From contig NC_068984.1 in assembly GCF_001194135.2 (NCBI RefSeq), forward strand, positions 83,047,213 to 83,100,781: 53,569 nt of DNA, given 5' to 3'. The stretch's first letter is position 1. Every line of letters starts with the position of its first letter. Source of the stretch: Octopus bimaculoides (lineage: Eukaryota). Shown in pieces: positions 24,321-35,686 of the stretch. The translations under genes and the position numbers were made by a program. The notes beneath the pieces are model-generated. The model saw only the letters and a program-made list of their open reading frames with translations, was not told the origin of the DNA and made no database searches.

Positions 24321-24560
24321 TTAGAACATCTGCAGATCATGAGATTGATTAGAACAGCTGCGAACCAACTGGCTACTTAGAAAAACATATTTAGAACAAC
24401 CGGGTGTTTAAAATAGTCATGAGCAATCTAGCTCTTTGGAACAGCAATAATGAAACAATACTCTTGGAACATCTATAAACTATCTGACTGATCTGCACAC
24501 AGCTATGAAATAAAAGGTTAAGAATAGTTGCGGACCATTAGTCTGTTTAGAACAGCTAAG
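24321..24560 (+). repeat. Degenerate minisatellite with a period of about 28 bp and TTRGAAYAGYT core
   Basis: Core at 24321, 24349, 24377, 24408, 24436, 24464, about 24493, 24519 and 24547. Confidence 0.7.
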
Positions 24561-24856
24561 GACAATCTGGTAGTGCAATATAATTTTGTAATCCAACACT
24601 TTACTGTAACATCAAATGAATGGATGGTACGTTTGTTTGTTTTTATCGATATAGTTTATTAGTTTCTCATAAGCCACGTCATCAGCAAAACCAAGTAAAT
24701 TTTCCTTGAGACAACATACATTATCCAACGTGTATTCAAGATTGGTATAAAGGAAATTTTGCGGTTATTTATAGTCGTAGCGGCCAAATACAGACTCTTT
24801 CGCGAGTTCGTATGTATGCAAATATGTATATAGCCGAGGTAATCAGACGATGGGTG

Positions 24857-24972
24857 TAATTCCAAATATTTTTATAGCAAAGATTCAAAGGCCAAAAATC
24901 CCAAATGCATCAGGTGACGGCTATAATTCCCGATATTTTTGCAGCAAAGACTCAACGGCCAAAAATCCCAAA
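24857..24972 (+). repeat. Two-copy direct repeat, 67-bp period
   Basis: TAATTCC..ATATTTTT..AGCAAAGA.TCAA.GGCCAAAAATCCCAAA at 24857 and 24924. Confidence 0.8.
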
Positions 24973-26177
24973 GCAATCCGTATGTAGGCACATTCGAATT
25001 TTTCTAGGATATCTCTTGATGTTGCGGCCATACGAAGTAACATTCTTGATTATACTCAAAAGAAAAACCATTCAGCTGATCAAGATGTGCGGTGATAGAA
25101 AAGCTTTTAGGGCCCACACATGACGAGCTAACTCTGTGTATTCTTTTTATTCACGTGTCGGAAAGAATATTGGTGGTTTGTGTTTCTTTTTTTAAAACTA
25201 CCTTCTCATATACCAACGTAATTTTTCTCTTGAGCCCCTTATTTTGAAGTACTGCTATGGCTTAAAATTTATAAAACACTGATCTAATCATGCATGCCTG
25301 GTGGAGTAGGTATGCTTCTGGGTCTTGACCTTCTCTCCGTTGAATTCATTTATACCAACCATATTAACTCTGGTTCGAACGGGAAAACGATGCAACCCTC
25401 GGTTTTCTTTTCTCACTCCATTTTTTGCTTTTACCTTCCTCTCGTCCTTCCTCGTGTTTTCGCAAAGATCAGCATCATTTCATGTTTGTTCTTTTTTAAA
25501 AAACCAGAGTACTTTCTCGTTTATTAAAAAAAGACCATCCATGTTGTATATTTGAGTATGAAAAATTGCTTGGAAACACAAGGCATGCTAAACAAGCTTG
25601 TCAATTAATTGCGTTTTTATAGCATGAAACTTATAGTAACTCGAATCAAAATTTTGAGTACGTTAAACGATACTTATCACTCACCAGATAGAATACTATT
25701 TTAGTCGATCCTTCGAGTAACAGAACAGGGAATTACACACGCATACACACGCATACACACAATACCTATTATAAATGTTGGTTGGTTGATTTCACGCTTT
25801 ACATCGTATTGAGAGAGAGGAGAGAAAAAGTAAAAGAGAGATACAGAGAGAGTTAAGATAAGCGGTACAAGATGAGTACACATACGAAGCTTGGTGGCAG
25901 GCAAAGTGTAAAAGAATGCCACACACAAAATGAGAAAGAAAGAATTAGAGAGACAGAGGAAGGAGAGGAAAGGCAGCAAACAATAGAGCAGTAATTGGAG
26001 GAGTTATAAAAATATTTCCTTATCTAATTCCATTTTTCCTTTGAAAATTATTCAAGCACAAAGAATTTGATTACGGTTAAATTATAACAATTGTATGCAT
26101 GCTATATTTCTTGATAATCTTAGTGGCAAAAATATACTTCCAAAGTAAACCGTCATATGACGGGCAACATTGCACTG

Positions 26178-26179
26178 TG

Positions 26180-26232
<53 letters not shown>

Positions 26233-26290
26233 CGTGCGTGCGCGCGAACACACGCGTACGTGTGTGTATGCGTGTGTGCGTATGTTTGTG
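26178..26290. repeat. (TG)n microsatellite
   Basis: Direct reading. Confidence 0.95.
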
Positions 26291-28279
26291 AATATGTGTG
26301 TTTGTGCATGTACGGATATCATAAAATATGTGGCAAAACTATTATATGTTGATTTAGCTGTACAATTTCAACTTCGAGAAAAATATAGAAATAATGCGAT
26401 TACGGCTCTTACTTTAACTATAAACTGCTTTAGAAATTGTCGCGGCGAAGAAGATTGATTGACCCCATTTTACACTCAACAGACCCGACATAATGACATA
26501 ATATTAAATGACAAAGATCACACTACTTTATTAATAATTGGTATGGAAATAGAGGATGATTATAACGTCGCCCAGAAGTGAATAGGAAAGCTAAGGAATT
26601 TTACTGAATCAGCTATTGAATTAAATTTATTATGATATGTAACAACTGTGTAGATAATTCCTTTTGTAATTGCTTCAATTGGAATGATACGTAGTCACAT
26701 TTGTAAAGATATTGGAGAGTTTCTTTTGTCTAGGCACACGCATTCTATATTTTAGTGCGTTCCTAAAGGCCATTAAATGTAAGGGACAATTGAATATCTT
26801 GAATTTACCACGACAGTAATGATATCGATTTATTTCTTAGGTAAAAGATTAATTTTCTAATGAGTTGGATGATAGTCAATTGTATCAAATCCAATATAAT
26901 ACTGGTACTTATCGAATCCACAAGGAATGAATGGTGGTTTTTAACAGAAAACAGTGAAGGACAAAATTAGATACAGTAAAACATTGAAACTAGCCCTTTC
27001 ATGTCTCTGCCTATTTCAGACAGTGAGATACGATCTCAAGAATTCAAACATTCATGCAAAACATTCAAACTAGAGTTTAATGGACAATACTGTTAGGAAG
27101 ACGATTTTAGCTCTTTAGATAATAAAATAATCATTTTGAAATTTTAAAAAGCATGAAAAAAATTTGTAAAGTAGCTAATCAGTATTCAGCCAACGGCTTA
27201 CAATAGTGAAGCTGAAATGTTCATGGAAACATAATTTCAAAGATCTATAATCTTGATGTTGATTTGATTAAGAAAGCATAAAGAAATTTATATTAAAAGA
27301 CATTTGCCTAACGGAAAGAAAATGATATAAAAGTGGAATGGTTTCAATCATACTTTAAATTAAAAATGGAATGGTTTCTATCATACTTTAAATAAATCTC
27401 ATAAATATATACGTAGAATACCATGAAAAGTTTTCACCGAAATTCTTTCACATTTCATATAAAATCGACTGAACAACCGACTAATCTAAAGAATTTTGAT
27501 TATATTAGAGATGGTTAAAAATTTGCAAAGACGTGAATGAAAGGAAAACTCTCCTACCACCAGACCAACGATTTATCGTTGTCCGACATCCGAGATTCTA
27601 ATATTTATTACCAGAAAAACATAGAACCATAGGAGAGTTGAATAAGTTTAACTGGCGTGAGATGTATCAAATTTAAGATTTCTGGTCTCGCTGCATGTCA
27701 AAAACTGAGAAACAAAAGAAAACGTAATATTGTAGCTTGGCAGCTGTTTATTGAATTTAATTACCTTCAAAGAAACAAACTGATAAACATTGTTGGTGAG
27801 TACATCAGGATTGCAAATGTTATAAACATTCAGAGTGAAACGGGTACAAACAACACAACTATTTATAGGAACAGATTTATATAGACACATCAACACACAC
27901 AGGTATGTATATACAGAGAATTGTATTCAATTACACATAAGCATGGGGCATTAGAAACTAATCCGTAATGTTCAATATAAAAGTTTAGAACGGCAAAGAG
28001 TAATTTGAAGCGCGACCTGCTAAGTAATTGAAAGTAGTACTTTGGTTTGTACCAACACCGCAGTGTTTACATGCACAATTGTTTTATTTTAAAAACAAAA
28101 ACAATATCAACGATAATTTTTAGCTTCCAGGAGCATTATTTACTAGCTTTGTAGCTGTTATTGTCATCTTTTGGCATTGATTGCTGATATAGTTCAAGAA
28201 TTTAATAATTTATATTATATCCCCCTTCAAACTCTAAGTGTATCTTATGACAATCAAACTATGTCTCTCTGTCTTACTA

Positions 28280-28345
28280 CACACACATGCATACACACAC
28301 ACACACACACGCACACACACTCACACACACACACACACACACACA

Positions 28346-28380
<35 letters not shown>

Positions 28381-28465
28381 ACACACACACACGCACGCAC
28401 GCACGCACACACACACACGCACACACACGCATACACACACATACACACACACATGCACACACACA
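28280..28465. repeat. (CA)n/(CT)n compound microsatellite
   Basis: Direct reading. Confidence 0.95.
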
Positions 28466-30359
28466 CATCCTGTTCGTTTTTGTGTAGAATTAGCAGACGA
28501 AAGCACTCAATAACTCTTATATGTATGCTCGCGCTTCTGCATGAGCGTGCATACATGTGTTTNNNNNNNNNNNNNNNNNNNNNNNNNNNNNNNNNNNNNN
28601 NNNNNNNNNNNNNNNNNNNNNNNNNNNNNNNNNNNNNNNNNNNNNNNNNNNNNNNNNNNNNNNNNNNNNNNNNNNNNNNNNNNNNNNNNNNNNNNNNNNN
28701 NTATATATATACAAAATACAAAATGGGACAAGAACGCAAACCATCCAGACAGTTAGGTGATACAAGAAAGAGACAACAAAACATCCAAATAGACGATACA
28801 AAGAAAACAAGGACGGGTCATTCGGAGTTTTCTTTCTTCAGTCGAGTTCCAGATTATCTTTGCAATATATATATATATGTATAGAGCATTATGTGTTGCG
28901 TTTGTGTATGTGTATGTGCATGTGTATATGTAGGTTGGGGACCTGAAATCCTGAATGAGTCGCGAGTAACAGTCGTGTCACAAAATGCGTCACGGATATT
29001 TTAAACCTGGCGGGGCTCATCTCGTGCCAGGTCTGAACAAAGCTGATCTCTTCTACCGGGGAAGTCTAAGAGAGGGAGAGAGAGAAAGAGAGAGAGGAGA
29101 GGGAAAAGAGTGAAAGAAGGGAGAAGAGATGAAGAGAGAAAGGAGATCGAGGGACAGAAGAGGAGGGATTGAGAGTGAAAGAGGCAGAGACACAGATGAG
29201 AAGCGAAATCTCTTTAGTACTTATACACTCGGAAAGGACGGTGTGCAAATTTGACTTTTGAGGAATATGAACTCAGAGGAAAGAGAACGTTTATAATAAT
29301 TACAACCAATATTGTTAAGCGGATCTCAAACTCCATATTCACAATGAATTAAAAGTATGTTTATTGATTACAATCAAATGTTTATATATTATATCCATCC
29401 TCCTCTTATGTTAACAGACGGTTATTGTTATCGAAAATGCTTCGACTGAAAGTAATCTCTATATAAATTTCAAATCATTCACACGCAGATATATGCAACT
29501 GCTAAATGAGAAATAAACTTGTTTACCAGAAACATCATCTTATGAGGCTGTATAATGAGGTTATATCAGTTCTATATAAGATAGTTATTTAGTTTTGCTA
29601 TTAGTGATTGGGTAAGCAGGAATGGGGTTTTAGCTATGACTTTCGTAGTCCATCTGAAACTGGTGAGGTACATGAACAGAGTAGTGGGATCAACTGTTGG
29701 GTGTCCTCGGACAGCTTTGATATATCACATTACATGACTTGGTTGCCGAGTAGCTAACGTTATGAAATGATGTCAGGAGTATATAATGTTATGTAATGAC
29801 GTTTCTTAATTCGAATTAAGTTTAGTACAAAGTACTCAAAAGAGAATACATTTGCTAACGATCAAAGATGAGCTTAGGAGTCTGATATCTTGCAGTCTTA
29901 TTCGCTGCTCGTCTCAGATATTTAAACATTTGTACATCAAAGTTTTACATTCGGTATAGTTGATCAATATATGATAATATATCCACTGGAATACTGTCTA
30001 AAAATTGGCAAAAACGTCCACCAAGACCAGGTCACTAAGACCGTACCTTGAGAGATACAGTTCGGTATCATAGCAACTAATGAACGACAAAGACAGTGCA
30101 TAGCTGTAAATAGATATAAATACTATTACAATGAAGGAATTTGATTAACTAATTAAATACATAGGCTTGGAAATTGAGATTTCTAAGTCATGTTATATGA
30201 AATAAACACGTCTGTCAGTAGCAATTGGTGCAGTTAGCTTTGACATGAGACAGGTAATGATTAATTTGAAATATGTCACCTGCCCTAGATGCCTGGATAA
30301 GAACATGGCGTCAGGTATATACAGCAATCAGTTTAAGCAAATAAAAGTATGATAACAAT

Positions 30360-30392
30360 GGTGGTAATAATAAAAATAATAATAATTATAAT

Positions 30393-30440
<48 letters not shown>

Positions 30441-30450
30441 TAATTATAAT

Positions 30451-30495
<45 letters not shown>

Positions 30496-30639
30496 TAATA
30501 ATCAAATCCAAATATATGGTACCCTAGGCATAACACCTACATGAACTTCTAACTTGTTGTCTCTTGAGGTCTCTGGGTGAGACTTGGACCCAACTTGTAC
30601 AAATGCAAAACAAAAGTCAAACATAAAATAATAATAATA

Positions 30640-30697
<58 letters not shown>

Positions 30698-30718
30698 TTA
30701 TAATATTAATAATAATAA
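30360..30718 (+). mobile_element. (AAT)n tract interrupted by a 125-bp insert (about 30501-30626), probably a LINE 3' UTR
   Basis: A non-repetitive insert with (AAT)n on both sides; the Dong-type 3' end assignment is inferred from that target preference. Confidence 0.5.
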
Positions 30719-31197
30719 CTTTCTAATTTTGGCGCAAGGTTAGCAATTTTGAGGAGAGAGAGGAAGTGAATTACATCGACCCCAGTACTTGACTGGTAGA
30801 AACAGAAAGAAGAAACTCAGAAGGAAACTGACATTAATATATGACACGTGCCACTTACTTCGCTCTCATGGTGGTAATAATCTATACATGGCTGTAGGAC
30901 GAGTAGTAGCAAAAGAAGTTAGCAACAAAGTAGGCAAACAAAACGAACTGACAAATACTTTGGAGGAAAAGACGAACAGAAAAAAAAATCATCAATAGCT
31001 TCAGACGGGAAGTGATTTAATTACGGCTCCTTCAAGAAAATAGAGTAAAGGGAAGAAAGGGTCATTAAAACACAGAAAGAAAATACAAAGTGACGAAGGA
31101 AAAGAGAGGGATAAATGTAATAATAAAAGAATAAAATGATGTAAGAATAGACCAACTGGCATAATGACCCACCCAGGGTACAGCAGAATAGAATAGC

Positions 31198-31415
31198 TCG
31201 AGCTGGCAGAAAAGTTAGCACGCTGGGCGAAATGCTTAGCGGTATTTCGTCTGCCGTTACGTTCTGAGTTCAAATTCCGCCGAGGTCGATTTTGCCTTTC
31301 ATCCTTTCGGGGTCGATAAATTAAGTACCAGTTACGCACTGGGGTCGACTTAATCCCTTTGTCTGTCCTTGATTGTCCCTTCTGTGTTTAGCACTTTGTG
31401 AGCAATAAAGAAATA
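31198..31415 (+). mobile_element. SINE family A with alternative tail and 13-bp target-site duplication
   Basis: AGAATAGAATAGC at 31185-31197 and 31416-31428; tail AATCCCTTTGTCTGTCC...GCAATAAAGAAATA. Confidence 0.9.
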
Positions 31416-31479
31416 AGAATAGAATAGCCCTTTCAGCTAAACCCGTTGTTTCAAAATAATTAGAAGAGATTGTCGTTTG

Positions 31480-32185
31480 AAAAATGGAAGGTAATAGAAA
31501 CACATCGATGAAATGGAAGCTAATAGAAACATAACGATGAAATTACAGACGCGGAGAAAATAAGAAAGTTTTGGAGTGATATATGGAACGAGAAAGATAT
31601 CCACAAAGAGGAGGGAGGAAGGGTACATAAAAGAAGTAGACAACAAACTAAGAAGAGTGAAACAACAGATCGACGTAATAATCACCCTGGAGCTCATTGG
31701 AAAAGAAACTTCCAAAACACCTAATTGGAAGGCCCCTGAGCCAGACGGACTTCAAGATTTGTAGCTAAACAACTTTAATACACCCTGGCAAGTAGTGACT
31801 AAGTTATTAAATTAATGTCTCCGTAGTGGAAGCATCCCAAAATGGATGACTAAGGATAAACAGTCCTTATTATGAAAGGCTAACAGAAAGGTGTTGAGAC
31901 CTCAAACTATGAACCAATAACTTGATTGTCACTACGATGGAAACTGTTAATGAGTCTGTTCGCGAATAGGACCTATGCACATTTTTAGGAACACCACCTA
32001 GTCCCTGATAAACGTAAAAGTCCTCGGAGAAGTTCAAGAAGGACAAAAGACCAGCTGCTAGTTGACAAGATAGATGATTGTAAGAAATTGCAAGAGAAGA
32101 TAAACTTTATTAGCAATGGAGTGCATCGCCTACAAAAAAAAAAAAAAAAGTATCTTGACACTCAATATGCTCAAAATAGCATTGC
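31480..32185 (+). mobile_element. R4/Dong-type LINE, RT N-terminal fragment
   Basis: IITLELIGKETSKTPNWKAPEPDGLQ, RRTKDQLLVDKI, AMECIAYKK (poly-A expanded), then ILTLNMLKIA. Confidence 0.85.
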
Positions 32186-32199
32186 ACATCAGTGAACTG

Positions 32200-32855
32200 A
32201 TACGAGTAACCATAGGACAGTCATATCAATGAGGAGGCATGATTTTTGTCTGAAGTCTTTCAATATAATGTCTGGCCTATTTGCATCTATCTTTCTGTCA
32301 GTTTGAATGGTGAAGTTCCAGAGGAGTGAGTTGAAATCATTTTCAAGCACTGGAGGTGGTTTGTGTTCCCACCAGTTTTTATCATGGGGCAGGTCCAGGT
32401 TTTTGAAAATTACACAGGGAATATATTGTGCAGCTCTATCATGCCTGTTGACATACTCTGTAGGCACAAGAAGACTGCACATGGAGACAATATGATCAAT
32501 GGTTCCATTTTGCTGTTGACATAGACGACATGATGGGAAGCTGCCGTTCTTTAATATGTTGGCCTGGTAGTTTCTTGTAGGTAAGCCTTGATCTTGGGCT
32601 ATGATAAACCCTTCTGTTTCTGATTTTAAGCCAGAAGCCATTAGCCATTGATGGATAAGAGCTTTGTCAACATCGGCATTATTAGCTCTCTTTGGGCATT
32701 TGCCATTGAGAGGTTTTTCTTTCCATTTATCAGTAAGAATATCTAAGGCAGCAGTTGTAGCACGGGTTTTCATACGCTTAGCTTTTTCCCTGCTTGTTTC
32801 TAGTACGTCAGATTCTGGAATTTGTATTTGGAATTCACTTATATATTCCTTTGCC

Positions 32856-32856
<1 letters not shown>
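32200..32856 (-). mobile_element. R4/Dong-type LINE, C-terminal fragment (CCHC and RLE)
   Basis: KWKEKPLNG...GLKSETEGFIIAQDQ...CRLCQQQNGTIDHIVSMC...RHD...WNFTIQTDRKIDANRPDIILKD...CLLID. Confidence 0.92.

Positions 32857-32914
<58 letters not shown>
32857..32914. repeat. (ATT)n tract at the 5' junction of the minus-strand LINE fragment
   Basis: Direct reading. Confidence 0.95.
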
Positions 32915-32915
<1 letters not shown>

Positions 32916-33434
32916 GGAGTTGTCTATGACAGACACGTCTTTTACAAACATGGTTAACTTTTCAAATGGGACGCTGTTTTTATGCAGTGTTTGTGTGGAT
33001 CAATTAAAAAGGTGAGGTGCCTTGTGTTTCTTCTTGCCGTTTAGGGTTTAGGGCAGAAAGACTGTTAGTGCTGTATATAAGGTTGTGAGCCCTGGTATGG
33101 CTCGGATATTTTTACTACTATTTGTTTTTTTGTTTTTTCAAATCTATTACTTATATTTTGAAGCAATCGATATATATATAGATATATATTTTTTGCTGTC
33201 AGACAATTGTTTGTGTACATAACATTCATAAGGTAACTGTATAAAAAGACCTCAACAAAAATGGTACCAATATTTCAACCTACCTTTAAAAAATACAGAA
33301 AAACTAATAGCTTAAAAAGCAGATGACCGTTCTTCACGCAGATATATTTGCAAAAAAATTCAAATCTTAAAAAATACATTTCGTGGTAACAAAAATTTTA
33401 ATCAGGGCTATTCAAGCGTGGCCAGAATAATACA

Positions 33435-35650
33435 GTGAAAGAATCACTGTATTTATGTCATTTCAGGGAAAAAGTGACAGAGTTATATTACAAGGTACAG
33501 TGTCTGTCAATAAATCGAGAAACTTTCAAAGAAGATATTAACATCGGAAATACTGACTGCTACACACGGAAATTAATTTTAGGGAGTTGTTACTCAGAAG
33601 GTTTGAAAAGAGAAAATAGAAACAACAAACCACGGAGGCAGCTGCTCTTAAAAGGGCAACACAGAATAGGGAAACAGTGGGCGCAACTCCCAACGGGAAA
33701 AATTTCATCTCCTCTTCCTCATTTTCAGGAAGCAGCCAGGAAACCCCAAACTCCTCCCAGTCACAATCAGCGGTGAGAACGAGAAAGAAATAAAAAGAGA
33801 GAGTGACCAGCAGCAACAACAACAACTGCGGGAAGCTAATTTCAAAGAAACCCTCTCCGTAGCTGTACAACCCCATCATTGTGAAAATGGCGACTGGACA
33901 GAGGTCAAGGATGAGCGGCAGAATTACACAAAAAGGCGAAAATAATCCTCTTCTAAAGAAAACAAAACTGAAAAAGAATTTTGAAAAGTGCAAAGAAGAG
34001 TTTCTTTTCCAACGTGGAGGAATACTTCTCGAATAAAAAAGATTCCATCCTTCGGAAAAGGGAGCTCCAGCGAAGAGAGATACCAATCTCCTCCATAAAT
34101 TAGATGAAATCCACAGGTCTTTCAAAAGCCAGCAAAGAAGTGAAAAAATACTTATAAGAAATGCTCGAAGACTTTCCAGACAAAGTGCTGATCGGAGTAA
34201 AAATGGGATCAAACTACAAAAAACACAGAAAAGACAGGATAGTAGTAAATACTTCCGAGAACGTTTACTCAACTATTCACACAACGTGGACGCTTACTCG
34301 CACACTATGACCAAATAGCTCCACACAGAAGATTCTGGGCGTGTCATCTTAAATAACATACATACGTATGCGCTGATCAATGCATATCTGGTTACGAAAT
34401 TTTGCTGAAAATAATTTGCTATTGTAAATTTTTGTTAAAAGTTTATATAAGGACCGCTACATCATTAAGTGAAGAAGGGTATGCCAATTTGTGCCCTGAA
34501 GGGCAGAAATTTTGTAATATTTATTTGCTTTCGTCTGGTTTTTTCCCCCTCATCTGTTTAGAATTACGGCAATGACAACTCTTACTATCAATGATGAAAC
34601 TGGGAAAAGCTTCTCATATCACAACTTCACAACATAAACTTTAAACGCGAACAAGATCAACAACAATAACAATAATGGTAACGAAAACGTTTTTAACAAC
34701 AAAGTAGTAACGACACCAGCAGCTACAACCCCCCCCCCCTCAATCAACAGCAACAGCAGTAGCAATAACAAAAGCAACTATAGTAGCAACAAGAACAAAA
34801 GCAACCGTAGTAGCAACAACAACAATAAAAACAAAAACAGCAGCAACAGCAACACAAAGAATAACAGCGATAGCAACATTAACAAGAACAGCGAAATCAA
34901 CACTGCTGGAAGAATACCAATACCAGCAACAACAACAACACCAGCAGCAGATGCACCACCACCACCACCTTCAGCAACAACAAAAAATAGTTACGGGTAC
35001 ACGCAGCATCCAGGGATCCTCTCAATGAAACCCCCTCCTTTCTCCCCACTCATCTCTCTCCCTCTTCTCTAAACTTAAATACACACAAGTTCTCACCTAG
35101 ATTCCACAGACATTGGCACCTCTGCATCACGTAGTGAAAGTGAGGTGGAACCCAAAACACATAAAACAGACAAACAAATAACTAAAAATAAAACACAATA
35201 AAACCCATGCCCCACACCAACACACACGCCAAAAAACACATTTACAACAATCACAGACATCTACTGCAATGTCAACTCTTACAGTACCTCAATCGTCAAC
35301 ACACCCATTGCTATCACAACTGGCTCCACCAACACTACTTCCCCTGGAAAGAAAACACCCCCAACAGTAACAACCAGCTACACAAACACAAAGCTTCGTA
35401 CTAGTGAGGAGGACCAGAAAAGAATTGATGGATCTCATAACACGAAGGAAGGACATCAAAAGTGAGATCTTCGGCTCCAGCACTGTTCAAATATCAGAAA
35501 CACTGATGATGGTGTGAATGCCTCTGAAAACATATAAAAACATTAGGAAGAGCTTCCATTACGACGTGGAAACCTTTAATGTAAAAGCCACGAATAAATA
35601 TGGAGGTTGAACCGCCTAACCACCAGTGGCACTCGGTGGGTAAGTAGCCC
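33435..35650 (+). mobile_element. Probable decayed 5' region/ORF1 of the downstream Tx1-type LINE, with an (AAC/AGC)-rich low-complexity core
   Basis: A-rich coding-like segments and Thr/Gln/Ala-encoding triplet runs (34660-34990) directly upstream of ORF2; no diagnostic domain recognised. Confidence 0.4.
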
Positions 35651-35686
35651 TCATATTTTTCTTCTCTGAACACTTTCCCACTCAAC

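Noticed and set aside
24321-24560. CRISPR array
   Set aside because: The core is only about 11 bp and degenerate, the linkers are related to each other, there are no cas genes, and the context is eukaryotic.
28805-28850. Hammerhead-like CTGAAGA motifs (also 1237-1275, 4143, 13718, 23020, 24707)
   Set aside because: The GAAAC/GUH half is missing or the stems do not pair.
31480-32856. Twin-priming inversion of a single LINE insertion
   Set aside because: The two fragments converge 3'-to-3', whereas twin priming joins 5' ends.
33538-34272. 244-aa hydrophobic minus-strand ORF resembling a membrane protein
   Set aside because: Most likely the antisense shadow of A-rich LINE leader sequence; no recognisable domain.
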